A DNA stretch of 51,848 nucleotides from positions 1 to 51,848 of the forward strand of contig DATHOI010000386.1 in assembly GCA_035485095.1 (NCBI GenBank). Direction: 5' to 3'. Within the stretch, counting starts at the first letter, position 1; each line of letters starts with the position of its first letter. This document shows, one piece after another, positions 9,381 to 18,549 of the stretch. A program made the position numbers and the translations under genes. Origin of the DNA: Polyangiaceae bacterium (GTDB taxonomy: Bacteria; Myxococcota_A; Polyangia; Polyangiales; Polyangiaceae). The notes under the pieces were generated by a model. That model did not search any database, was not told the DNA's origin, and saw only the letters and a program-made list of their open reading frames with translations.

Positions 9381-10661
9381 TCAAGGCAGCACGACGAAGG
9401 TCAGCACCAGTGTCAGCGTGCTCGCCAACACGACGACCGGCGCGAGCGCGAGCGCAAGCCAGAAGATCCGCCCCTCCGCTACGGCAGCTCCCTCGCGACG
9501 CGCGATCGCGAACACCAGCAGTGTCGCCAAAGAACCAAACGGCGTGACGATCGAACCGGCGTCGGCGCCGATCAGCGCCGCGAAGGCCGCGCCGCTGCCG
9601 GCATGGGCCGCGAGCAAGGCGCTCCGCGAAAGCAACGCGGCGGGCAGGTTGTTCACGGTGTTCGCGGCCAGGCTGGTGACGCCGGCAATGGCCAGCCAGC
9701 GCGACGTAAGGCTCGACTCGGAGTGCGTCAGCCAGCGCGAAAGAGCCTCGGTTACACCTAGATTCTCCAGCCCACGCACCGCGATGAACAGACCCACCAC
9801 GAAGGGAAACACGCCCCACGAGAGCTCGCGGAGCGAGCTCGAGCGCACACGGCCGGTGCTCGAGCCAAACGCGAGCAGCGCGGCGCTCCCGATGAATGCG
9901 ACCGTGTACGGCTCCACGCCCAGCAGCGGCGCCAAGAAATAGCCAAGCAACACGGCGCCGAGCACGATCACGCTGGCCCGGAAATAGCGCGCGTCCGGCA
10001 CGACGGAGCTCGGCTCGGGCAGCGCGCGAAAGTCGAAGCGGTTCGGTAGCTCCCGACCCAAATAGCGACGCAGGAACGCGTACGTGACGAGCAGCGCGAC
10101 GAGCTGCGGCGCCAGCATGCGCAACGCAAATAGCGCGAAGGTGAGCTTGAACGCCGAGGCAAACAGAATATTGGTCAAATTGCTGATCGGCAGTAGGAGT
10201 GAAGCAATATTGGCCACGAACGCGCACAAGGCCAGATAGGGCGCCGCTGGCAGGCGCAGGCGCTTCACCAGCGACAGCAGCACGGGCGTGAGCATCACTG
10301 CGGTCGTGTCGAGGGAGAGCACGACGGTCACCAGCGCCCCGAGCAGAAAGGCGTTGCGATACAGCGCTCGTCCGTCACCGGCCGCCACGCGCGCACACAC
10401 GATCGCCGCCCAGTCGAAGAAACCGCTCTTTTCGACTAAGAGCGAGAGCAGCAGCAAGGCAAGCAGGAACAAGAGTGCGCTCTTTCCGGCCAGCACCACG
10501 GCGAGCGCCTGCTGCGGCGACACGAGGCGGAAGAGCAGCATCGTCACCGCGCCGAGCACGGTCCAGCAGGCTTCGTGATAGCGGCGCGGCCGCCAAACCA
10601 CGAGCCCGAGCATGACCCCGAACACCAGCAACGTGACCACGACGCGCGGGCTACCGGTCAA
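9381..10661 (-). CDS. ArsB/NhaD (ion transporter superfamily) membrane transporter
   Basis: About 11-12 hydrophobic segments. Motifs GFFDWAA, SLDTTAVMLTP, ANIASLLLPISNLTN, NNLPA and TPFGSLATLL. Confidence 0.85.
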   Translation of the reverse strand: MTGSPRVVVTLLVFGVMLGLVVWRPRRYHEACWTVLGAVTMLLFRLVSPQQALAVVLAGKSALLFLLALLLLSLLVEKSGFFDWAAIVCARVAAGDGRALYRNAFLLGALVTVVLSLDTTAVMLTPVLLSLVKRLRLPAAPYLALCAFVANIASLLLPISNLTNILFASAFKLTFALFALRMLAPQLVALLVTYAFLRRYLGRELPNRFDFRALPEPSSVVPDARYFRASVIVLGAVLLGYFLAPLLGVEPYTVAFIGSAALLAFGSSTGRVRSSSLRELSWGVFPFVVGLFIAVRGLENLGVTEALSRWLTHSESSLTSRWLAIAGVTSLAANTVNNLPAALLSRSALLAAHAGSGAAFAALIGADAGSIVTPFGSLATLLVFAIARREGAAVAEGRIFWLALALAPVVVLASTLTLVLTFVVLP

Positions 10662-10813
10662 GCGTTCATTCTTTCCCGAGCGCGCATGCTGATCGTCACT
10701 AACATGAAGAAGCCCAACGTTTTTTCCAAGGCCGGGCAGCCATACGCCGTGTCAGAAAAGCATCGGACGGATCCAGGGTTGATAACGCATGAAAAGGGAG
10801 CACAATAGGCCAC

Positions 10814-11170
10814 ATGATCCACGGCGCTCACGTCATCATCTACAGCAAAGACGCAGAGGCCGATCGCGCGTTCTTTCGTGATGTTTTGGGCTATCCATTC
10901 GCCGACGCCGGACACGGCTGGTTGATCTTCGCCTTGCCACCGGCTGAGGTCGCCGTACACCCGTCCGACAGCAACGGCACGCACGAGCTGTACTTGATGT
11001 GCGATGACGTCCACGCGCTCATTCAAACGATGACGTCGAAGGGCGTCGAGTGCTCGACGGTCGACGAACAGCGTTGGGGCTCCATCACGCGCCTCACGCT
11101 GCCTGGCGGCGGTAAAATCGGCGTCTACCAGCCGAAGCACGCTTCCCCGCTCCAAGCCGCGAAGAAGTGA
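10814..11170 (+). CDS. VOC/glyoxalase-family protein
   Basis: GAHVIIYSKDAEADRAFFRDVLG, HELYLMCDD and WGSITRLTLPGG..GVYQP. Confidence 0.85.
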   Translation: MIHGAHVIIYSKDAEADRAFFRDVLGYPFADAGHGWLIFALPPAEVAVHPSDSNGTHELYLMCDDVHALIQTMTSKGVECSTVDEQRWGSITRLTLPGGGKIGVYQPKHASPLQAAKK

Positions 11171-11309
11171 CGGCGCGCGCCGCGCGAGCGTCAGGCACGG
11201 CACGCGCCGCCGAAGGCTGAGTGCTCTCTGGCGCGCTGGGTGACCATCAACCAAAAGCATCGAGCACGATCCAGCCGAAAACGGACGACAGGCTGGCGAA
11301 TTCCGACAT

Positions 11310-11621
11310 TTGGCGCTGGACAGCGAGCCTCTCGACACGAAATCGATACGCCGCGTTTGCGTACCAGACACGCGAGCCTGGCAAATTGGCGACATGCTTG
11401 CACACGAATTTTCGGACAGCGAAGCGCCCACGAACCCCATCGGGCCTCGCCCGGTTGGTCTGCTGACGAGCGCTGGCGTGCGGCGCACGCACCTGATGCT
11501 GGTCGGCACACCGCGGCTCTCCGTGCGCGGTCAAGCGTGGCTTCGACGGCACACGGGCGCAGACTTCGACGGCACCACGTTGCAACGTCTGCTCACGCTC
11601 GAGCGACTGAACGTCGGTTAG
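11310..11621 (+). CDS. Hypothetical protein
   Basis: 103-aa ORF of plausible composition that fills the gap. No recognisable motif; TTG start. Confidence 0.3.
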   Translation: MALDSEPLDTKSIRRVCVPDTRAWQIGDMLAHEFSDSEAPTNPIGPRPVGLLTSAGVRRTHLMLVGTPRLSVRGQAWLRRHTGADFDGTTLQRLLTLERLNVG

Positions 11622-11706
11622 CAGCGTTCGGCTGAGCGATACAGATCGACGATTCGACGAGCGGTCCGCCCAAGAGCCCGCGGCCGCGAGCGGAGCGTGC
11701 AAGCGC

Positions 11707-12117
11707 TCAGTACACGACGCTATTGCAATCACCCGCTTGGGGTACGCACTGCGGTGCAGACATGTTGTTCACGGCGGTACACATGTAGCCTTGCGGGCAG
11801 TGCGGGTTGCCCATGCCGCACGCGCGGCTACAGAAACGGTCGTCGCCGCGGCTGAGCGCAACGCAGGTCTCGCCCGCTTGGCAGTCGCTGTGCGAAGCGC
11901 ACGGAGAGCACAGGTCGCCGTGCACGTCTCCATCGTCGTCCACGCCGAGCCCACCGGCGTCGGCCGCGGGTGCAGCGCGCACGATGGGGTCGGCAAAGTC
12001 GTCCCCACAGCCCATGGCAGAGCCGAACGCGAGCAGCGCGCAAGCAACGCCCAACATGCCGCGCGAGACCGGAGGAATGCGGTGCACCGCGGATAAGCAT
12101 ACTCGAAAGGGCCGCAA
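11707..12117 (-). CDS. Small Cys-rich lipoprotein (true start may be ATG 12057)
   Basis: Hydrophobic signal with lipobox AMGC, followed by a disulfide-rich domain LCSPCASHSDC..C..FCSRAC..CPQGYMC..QCVP..C. Confidence 0.7.
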   Translation of the reverse strand: MRPFRVCLSAVHRIPPVSRGMLGVACALLAFGSAMGCGDDFADPIVRAAPAADAGGLGVDDDGDVHGDLCSPCASHSDCQAGETCVALSRGDDRFCSRACGMGNPHCPQGYMCTAVNNMSAPQCVPQAGDCNSVVY

Positions 12118-12138
12118 AATGCGCCTTTTGCCTGGGTC

Positions 12139-12825
12139 TTGAGCCGCGAACGCTCCGCTGTGACACTACCCTCTTCGAGGCCCACCATTTTGACCCGCGA
12201 GTCCTCCGCCGCCGATCTGCTGCGCTTGCCAAATTCTGGCGTAGCGCGGTTGTCGCTGCCGGAGTCGGACGAGGCGCTGGTCGCAGCCTTGCGCGACGGC
12301 CGCGCGGACGCGGCCGCGACACTCTTCGATCGCTATGCGGTGCACGTGCGGCGCGTGCTCGCTCGCGTGCTCGGGCCTGATCCCGATCTTCTGGATTTGG
12401 TACAAGACGTATTCGTCACTGCGCTCGAATCGATCGCCAAGCTCGACGAGCCGCGCGCGCTGCGTGCTTGGCTGACACAGATCGCCATCTTCAGCGCGCG
12501 CACTCGAATCCGCCGTCGCACGCGCTGGCGGTTTCTGCGTTTCGTACCGAGTGAAGAGCTCCCGGAGCTGGAGCTGGCAGCGGTGGACTATGAAGGCGGG
12601 GAGGCGCTGCAAGCCGTGTATCGCGCGCTGGCTCAGCTGGACGCAGACGACCGAATCGCTTTCGCGCTGCGCTTCATCGAGGGGATGGAGCTGAGTGACG
12701 TTGCCGGCGCGTGCCAGGTCTCGCTCGCCACGATCAAGCGCCGCCTGAGCCGCGCTCAATCGACCTTCCGTGAAGCGGCACGGCCAGAGCCGGCGCTCGC
12801 CGAATGGTTGGAGGGCGTCCCGTGA
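12139..12825 (+). CDS. ECF RNA polymerase sigma factor (start uncertain)
   Basis: Region 2 DLVQDVFV..LRAWL and region 4 DDRIAFALRFIEGMELSDVA..VSLATIKRRLSRA. Confidence 0.9.
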   Translation: MSRERSAVTLPSSRPTILTRESSAADLLRLPNSGVARLSLPESDEALVAALRDGRADAAATLFDRYAVHVRRVLARVLGPDPDLLDLVQDVFVTALESIAKLDEPRALRAWLTQIAIFSARTRIRRRTRWRFLRFVPSEELPELELAAVDYEGGEALQAVYRALAQLDADDRIAFALRFIEGMELSDVAGACQVSLATIKRRLSRAQSTFREAARPEPALAEWLEGVP

Positions 12826-14114
12826 ATGACCTAGCGCGCAAGCTCGAGGCGCTCGGTGATCACGTGCGGGCCGAGCAAGACGCGCAACTGGGCGCGGAGC
12901 ATTCCCTCGGGTCGGTGAGGCAGCGCCTGCTCGGTCACGAGCGGCGTGCGCGGTTCAAGTGGTCGCTGACGCTCAAGCGTGGCTTGTTGGTCGCCGCCGC
13001 GGTCGGCGCGGTCGGTGCCGCGGTGCTCAGCGCGCGGTTGCTCCGTCCACCACCACTGGGAGTGAGCGCGAATGCACAAGCGGTCAACGTCGGCGACTGG
13101 ATCCGCGTGCGCGACGCAGCGGTGGCCATGACCTTCTCCGACGGCACGGTCATCACGCTCGATCCAGGTTCGCGCGCTCGTTTGGAAGACGTGGACGCCG
13201 CTGGCGCGCGCTTGGCGATAGAGACCGGCCACGCCGACGTGAAAGTCGTGCCGGGCCGCGACGGGCGTTGGCACCTCAGTCTCGGCCCGTTCGGAGTAGA
13301 TGTCACTGGCACTCAGTTCGACATCAATTGGAATCCGGAAGCCGAAGAGCTCTCACTGACGATGCGTGAGGGCAAAGTCATGGTTTCGGGCTGTGTGCTC
13401 GGGGACGGGCGGCCGCTCTTGGCGGGTGAAAAGCTGATCGCGTCCTGTCGCGACCGACGCTTCGAGGTGCAGCGCGCGAAGCCGACAGTGGCGGAAAACG
13501 CGCCCCCGCCCGTGGTCGCGGACACCGACTCGCCCGCCGAAGAGGGAGCCGCAGCGGCGCTCGCGGCGCGCGCAGAGGCTAGCGGCGGGCCGCTTTCGCG
13601 CCCGGACGCGCCGCGGTCCGCAGCGCTCGAGTTGCCTCAACAGGCTATCGACTCGTGGCAAACGCTGGCGCGTGCCGGCAAATACAAGGCGGCCCTCGGT
13701 GTCGCCAACAATGCGGGCTTCGATGCCGAGCTCGCGCGTTCGAGCGCGGAGGACTTGTCCTTGCTCGGCGACGTGGCGCGTTTCGCCGGTAGTGTGGACG
13801 CCTCGATAAAAGCGTACCAGACGCTGCGGCGACGCTTTCCGCACACGCCCTTGGCAGCCAATGCCGCATTCGCGATCGGGCGCATCGAATTCGATCAACG
13901 AGGCGCATTCTCCGAGGCAGAACGCTGGTTTGCAAACTACCTTGCCGAACAACCGCGCGGCGCCCTGGCGCGTGAAGCACTCGGTCGACGCATGGAAGCG
14001 TTGAACCGCTCCGGCAATCAAGAGGCCGCTCGCGACGTCGCATTGAGCTACCAAAAGAGTTATCCGCGCGGACCACATATTCGCCTCGCCGAAAGCCTGC
14101 TCGAGCCTCACTAG
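12822..14114 (+). CDS. FecR-domain anti-sigma factor with a C-terminal TPR domain
   Basis: GTGA overlap with the sigma stop, one TM segment, FecR-like FSDGT..L..GS and V.VTGTQF, and TPR-like YLAEQPRGALAREALGR, YPRGPH. Confidence 0.8.
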   Translation: MNDLARKLEALGDHVRAEQDAQLGAEHSLGSVRQRLLGHERRARFKWSLTLKRGLLVAAAVGAVGAAVLSARLLRPPPLGVSANAQAVNVGDWIRVRDAAVAMTFSDGTVITLDPGSRARLEDVDAAGARLAIETGHADVKVVPGRDGRWHLSLGPFGVDVTGTQFDINWNPEAEELSLTMREGKVMVSGCVLGDGRPLLAGEKLIASCRDRRFEVQRAKPTVAENAPPPVVADTDSPAEEGAAAALAARAEASGGPLSRPDAPRSAALELPQQAIDSWQTLARAGKYKAALGVANNAGFDAELARSSAEDLSLLGDVARFAGSVDASIKAYQTLRRRFPHTPLAANAAFAIGRIEFDQRGAFSEAERWFANYLAEQPRGALAREALGRRMEALNRSGNQEAARDVALSYQKSYPRGPHIRLAESLLEPH

Positions 14115-14238
14115 GACGTGCGACGCCTCATTCTGGGGCGGCGCCTACAACGGACAGCCGCGCCTCACTCCGCTCGATACGATGTCGAGATTCTCTCCTG
14201 CTGTTGCACGCGACGGCGACTGATAGTCTTCTAGGTCG

Positions 14239-15270
14239 GTGCGGAGCCTCGCGGTACTCTCAGGGCTGTTGTGCGGCGCTGGGCTGCTCGTCTCAGCGCG
14301 GGTCCAGGCGCAAACCGCTGACCCGAGCCCGGTCCAAAACATGGACGGCACGCCGATCAGCCCAGGCTACACCGTCGCGGTCGTCGCGAATCCGGATCGC
14401 CAAGCGCTCGTCGCGCGCTTACAAGCCGAGCTTTCGGATCTCGGCTTTCACGTCGTCGAAGCCGCCCCGGAGCTCGACGCGGGCGCGCTCGATGCACTCA
14501 CGGATGGCACTCACGTCTTGGCGGTGGTTCGCATCGACGAAACGAACCCGGCGATCGAATTTCGAATTCGCGCATCAGAAGGTGCACCGCTGATGCGCGA
14601 GCGCGTGCCGCTTCGGCCGAAACGCGCCGATGTCTCCGCCGTCGCGGCCGTGGAGTTGCTGCGCGCGCGCTTGATCAAGCTCGGCATTTTGCTCGCGCCC
14701 GAGCCACCGCCTGCGCCGTTGCCACCGCCAGCACCACCGCCACCGCGGCCGAGCTTTGCCAGCGTGACCGCCGACATCGATGTGGGCGCCGAGTACAGCG
14801 CAGGCGGGCTCGGTGTGAGCCCGATCATGGTGCTTGGCGTGCGCGCCCACCCGAAGCGCTGGCTCGCCGTTGGAGCGTTCGGCGCGTTCGAACCACAAGC
14901 CTCGCGGTTCAGCTCGAATGAGGGGGATGTTCATGCGCGCGCTTCGTTGCTCGGCGTCGTCACCGACTTCGGATTCGGCACGGATCGCACGCGCTTCGAG
15001 CTCGGTGGCGGAATTGCGCTCAGCATGCTCTCGTTGTTGGGCGAAGCAGACTCTCCCTACGCAGGTCGTGAAACCCACTCCTTCGGCGCGGCGCCCGTGC
15101 TGCGCTCGAACCTGGACTTTCGACTGGCCGGCTCGCTGAGTTTGCACTTGGGCGCCCTGAGTGGCATCTCGAGCCCGCGCGTGGCGGTCCGCTTCGCGGA
15201 TCGCACGGTCGCGCACTGGGGGCGCCCCTTCGCGCTCGCGGTGATTGGCATCGAGGTCGGCCTCTGGTGA
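14239..15270 (+). CDS. Secreted/outer-membrane protein with a Pro-rich linker and C-terminal beta-barrel-like domain
   Basis: Signal peptide (VQA-Q), poly-Pro linker, alternating amphipathic strands and a terminal aromatic residue (IEVGLW). Confidence 0.65.
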   Translation: MRSLAVLSGLLCGAGLLVSARVQAQTADPSPVQNMDGTPISPGYTVAVVANPDRQALVARLQAELSDLGFHVVEAAPELDAGALDALTDGTHVLAVVRIDETNPAIEFRIRASEGAPLMRERVPLRPKRADVSAVAAVELLRARLIKLGILLAPEPPPAPLPPPAPPPPRPSFASVTADIDVGAEYSAGGLGVSPIMVLGVRAHPKRWLAVGAFGAFEPQASRFSSNEGDVHARASLLGVVTDFGFGTDRTRFELGGGIALSMLSLLGEADSPYAGRETHSFGAAPVLRSNLDFRLAGSLSLHLGALSGISSPRVAVRFADRTVAHWGRPFALAVIGIEVGLW

Positions 15271-15380
15271 GCCGCGCTCGGCACTCGTTCGACTGGCGTG
15301 GCAGGCGCGCACGAACTCGCGAGTCACGCGCATTCCCGTCATCGAGCGCACGCAGCGCCCTCCTGGCGCCGCCCCGTTCC

Positions 15381-15406
15381 ACTTCAAATCTGAAGTTTAG
15401 ACTTCA
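15381..15406. repeat. AT-rich alternating inverted hexamers ACTTCA-N4-TGAAGT-N4-ACTTCA
   Basis: acttca aatc tgaagt ttag acttca with 10-bp periodicity, in a convergent intergenic region. Confidence 0.6.
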
Positions 15407-15525
15407 ACATCAGATTCTGCTGCGCGGCCGCTCTCACCGGGTCCGAGCGGTGCGGCGCCGAAATCTTGTTGATGGTCACGCGCCACGGCGCGCCGCGCCA
15501 CTGCCTTCGGCGTCGCGGACCACGC

Positions 15526-16608
15526 TCAGCCCACGCGCTCTTCGATGCGAAGCGCGCGCGTTTGGGCCTCGAGCGCCAGCTCAATCGCCAAGAATGTGTG
15601 CGCTTGAGTCATCGCGCGCTCCGTGCGCTCCAAGCAGTCCAAGATCAATTCTCCAAAAAAAGGAAAGCCGACCTTGCCGCGCACCGGGAGGTGAAGCTCC
15701 CCGTCTCGGTTCACCAAGTACACGTGATCCCCTTCTGGATCGCGGGCAACGTCCAGGTATTTGCGCAGCTCGATGGTGCCCTCCGTGCCGGTGATGAACG
15801 TCCTGCCGTCACCCCACGTGCTGAGGCCGTCGGGCGTGTACCAATCGACCCGCATGAAGTGCGTCGCGCCATTGTCGGCTACGAACGTGGCGTCCCCATA
15901 GTCCTCGAAGCCCGGGTGCTCGGCGCGATAGTTAGCCACCTTGCTGTGCAAGAGCCGCGCGCTCTTGGCACCCGACCAATACAAGAACTGCTCGATTTGA
16001 TGGCTGCCGATGTCGCAGAGGATGCCGCCGGAGCGACGCTTGTCCCAAAACCAGTCGGGCCGATTCGCTCCGTTCATGCGGTGTGGACCAAAACCAATCA
16101 CCGACAACACCCGACCGATGGCGCCGTCTTGCACCAGGCGTCCGGCGTGCACGGCCGCTTCCACGTGCAGGCGCTCCGAGTAGTAGACAGCGTATTTTTT
16201 GCCTGTTTCTTGCACCTTCGCGCGAGCCGCGGCCAGTTGCTCCAGGGAGGTGAAGGGCGGCTTGTCAGTGAAGTAGTCTTTGCCGTGATCCATGCTGCGA
16301 AGACCGAGCGGGCCGCGGTCGCACGGAATCGACGCGCTGGCGATGAGCTGCACGCCCGGGTCGTTCAACACCGCTTCTTCGGAGCTGGCCACGCGGACGC
16401 CGGGATACGCCTTGACGAACGCCGCAACCTTGCTCGGATCCGGATCGTAGACGAGCCTGAGCTCCGCGCCCGCCTCGCGCAGGCCGTTGCACATGCCGTA
16501 GATGTGCCCGTGATCGAGGCCAACCGCAGCGAAGCGAAACTCACCCTCGGCACAGACCTTGTTGGGAGCACCCGTCGGGGCGTAGCTCATGCCGTCCGTT
16601 TTTTGCAT
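15526..16608 (-). CDS. Gfo/Idh/MocA family oxidoreductase
   Basis: FAAVGLDHGHIYGM, GKDYFTDKP and GGILCDIGSHQ. Confidence 0.9.
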   Translation of the reverse strand: MQKTDGMSYAPTGAPNKVCAEGEFRFAAVGLDHGHIYGMCNGLREAGAELRLVYDPDPSKVAAFVKAYPGVRVASSEEAVLNDPGVQLIASASIPCDRGPLGLRSMDHGKDYFTDKPPFTSLEQLAAARAKVQETGKKYAVYYSERLHVEAAVHAGRLVQDGAIGRVLSVIGFGPHRMNGANRPDWFWDKRRSGGILCDIGSHQIEQFLYWSGAKSARLLHSKVANYRAEHPGFEDYGDATFVADNGATHFMRVDWYTPDGLSTWGDGRTFITGTEGTIELRKYLDVARDPEGDHVYLVNRDGELHLPVRGKVGFPFFGELILDCLERTERAMTQAHTFLAIELALEAQTRALRIEERVG

Positions 16609-16690
16609 CTCGCTGCCCAAGCCTAGCCGAGATCCCGAACGCGCTGAACCCAGTTTGGGCTCGCGCGAGCCGCCCCGAGCGGCGCCGCCT

Positions 16691-18157
16691 TCAGCCGGCG
16701 GCCAATAGCTGGAGCGGGTTCGGCTTCTTCGGCTGTGAGTTGATCAGCTGCGCGAGCTCGCCCTTGCACGAGCCGCAGCCGGTTCCGGCCTTCGTCGCGT
16801 CGCACAGCGCGGGCATCGAGTCAGCACCCGCGGCGATCGCTTCACGCAGCGCGCCTTCACTCACCTTGTGGCAATTGCACACGATGCGCGCGCCCGACGG
16901 CGCAGATTCGCGCAACTGACACAAGAGCTCGAGCGGATCTTCCGGGATCTTGTCACCGCGGTCGAACAGTTGCACGAGCGTCGCCTTCGCGGCCGTATTG
17001 CCGACCAGCATGGCGCCCACGAGGCGCTCGTCGCGAATGATCAGCTTGCGATAGGCGTCTCGCCGTTCTTCGACGATCTGCACGACTTGGTCCGTCTCGA
17101 GCTCGGGCTCGAGCGTGCCCATGGCGGCCACGTCCACCCCGGCCACCTTGAGCCGCGTGTACAACTTCGAGCCGCGGTAGCGATCTTGAGGATTCGTGCC
17201 GGACAGGACGTCCGCCAACACCGCAGCTTGCTCCCAGACCGGCGCGACGATGCCGTACGTCTTGCCGCGATGCTCGGCGCACTCACCGAAGGCGTACACA
17301 CCCGGCACCTCGGTCGCGAGCGTGTCGTTCACCAAAATACCCTTATTTACGGGCAAACCAGAGGCACGCGCCGCGTCCACTCGGGGCCGGACACCGCACG
17401 CCAACACGACCAGATCCGCGGGCAAGCTGGTGCCGTCGTCGAGCACCACGCCGCCCACGCGTTCTTCGCCGTACACCGCCTCGACCGTGCGACCCAAACG
17501 CGCGAAAATGCCGGAGCGCTCGATCTGTCGAGCCAGCATCTCGCCACCGATCTCGTCGAGCTGCGCGTTCATCAGGATCTTCGCGCTTTGCACGACCGTC
17601 ACGTGCAGACCGAGATCGCTCAGCACTTTTGCGGATTCGAGCCCGAGCAATCCGCCGCCCAGCACCACTGCGCTGTCACCGGGGCGTACATACTCTCGCA
17701 TGCGAATGCAGTCACCAATCGTGCGGTACACGAAGACGCCGGGCCGGAGCTCGCCGTCTTCTCCGAGCATGCCTTCGAGCGGTGGCACGAGCGGTTGGCT
17801 ACCCGTCGCCAACACCGCGATGTCGTAGCGGCGGCTTTGACCGTCCGCGGTCTCCACGACCTTGCGCCGTGTGTCCAGGCGCTTGACCTGGGTGCTGGAA
17901 GTGAGACGAATACCGTGCGCGTCGTACCACTCGGGCGTCTTCGTGACGATCGAGTCGGGGGCCTCACCTGCCAGCACTTTGCCCAGCAAAATGCGGTTGT
18001 AGGCGCCGCCGCGTTCCTCACCAAAGACCGTGATTTCATAGCGGCTCTGCGCGTCACGGCGCACGAGCTCATCGAGCAGGCGACAGGTGCCCATGCCGTT
18101 GCCGATGATCACTAGTTGTCGTTTGCGAGTGTTCAAAAGGCGGCTCGTGAGGGTCAA
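16691..18157 (-). CDS. NAD(P)H/FAD oxidoreductase with a C-terminal BFD-like [2Fe-2S] domain (NasB-like electron-transfer subunit / short NirB paralog)
   Basis: IIGNGMG, YNRILL, ATGS, GGGLLGLE, GECAEH, TRLKVAG and IVCNCH..TKAGTGCGSC. It lacks the siroheme domain. Start is the TTG overlapping the nirD stop (alternative 18136). Confidence 0.85.
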   Translation of the reverse strand: MTLTSRLLNTRKRQLVIIGNGMGTCRLLDELVRRDAQSRYEITVFGEERGGAYNRILLGKVLAGEAPDSIVTKTPEWYDAHGIRLTSSTQVKRLDTRRKVVETADGQSRRYDIAVLATGSQPLVPPLEGMLGEDGELRPGVFVYRTIGDCIRMREYVRPGDSAVVLGGGLLGLESAKVLSDLGLHVTVVQSAKILMNAQLDEIGGEMLARQIERSGIFARLGRTVEAVYGEERVGGVVLDDGTSLPADLVVLACGVRPRVDAARASGLPVNKGILVNDTLATEVPGVYAFGECAEHRGKTYGIVAPVWEQAAVLADVLSGTNPQDRYRGSKLYTRLKVAGVDVAAMGTLEPELETDQVVQIVEERRDAYRKLIIRDERLVGAMLVGNTAAKATLVQLFDRGDKIPEDPLELLCQLRESAPSGARIVCNCHKVSEGALREAIAAGADSMPALCDATKAGTGCGSCKGELAQLINSQPKKPNPLQLLAAG

Positions 18158-18534
18158 GGGGTTCGCGCGCCGAGCGCAACTTGAATGCGGCCTGCATACA
18201 CGCGAATCGGATACACGCGCAGGCGCACGCTCGAGTCGTCCAGGCACTCGCCCGTTTCGAGGCTGAAGCTCTGCTTGTAGATCGGTGAAGCGATCTTGGG
18301 CACTCCGCCGCGATCACCCACGATGCCGCGCGCGATCACGAAGGCGTTGCTGAACGGGTCGAAGTTGGAGAGCGCCGCGAGCCTGCCCTCATACGTACGA
18401 ACGATTGCGATTTGCTCGCCCTGGATGAGCGCCGCCGCACCGGTCCCCGGCAAGACGTGGTCGATCGGACAGACATCCTGCCAATCCAACTCAGGCGCGG
18501 GTCGTTCGTAGTTAGTCACGCTTTGCATGCTCAT
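18154..18534 (-). CDS. nirD: Nitrite reductase (NADH) small subunit
   Basis: Rieske-like NirD motifs NFDPFSNAFVIARGIVGD and ASPIYKQSFSLETGECLDD; lies directly after nirB. Confidence 0.93.
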   Translation of the reverse strand: MSMQSVTNYERPAPELDWQDVCPIDHVLPGTGAAALIQGEQIAIVRTYEGRLAALSNFDPFSNAFVIARGIVGDRGGVPKIASPIYKQSFSLETGECLDDSSVRLRVYPIRVYAGRIQVALGARTP

Positions 18535-18549
18535 CTTGCACTTCCAGCT

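Noticed and set aside
10814-11170. VOC protein as ArsI C-As lyase because it neighbours an ArsB-like gene
   Set aside because: It lacks the vicinal Cys-Cys pair of ArsI, and no arsR or arsC is nearby.
15381-15420. dif or parS site
   Set aside because: Does not fit the 11-6-11 XerC/XerD layout or the parS consensus.
15466-16626. 386-aa antisense ORF spanning the Gfo oxidoreductase
   Set aside because: Mirror ORF caused by codon bias, with no motifs. The same applies to 6582..7658, 16868..18115, 19465..20826, 32391..33533 and 50397..51557.
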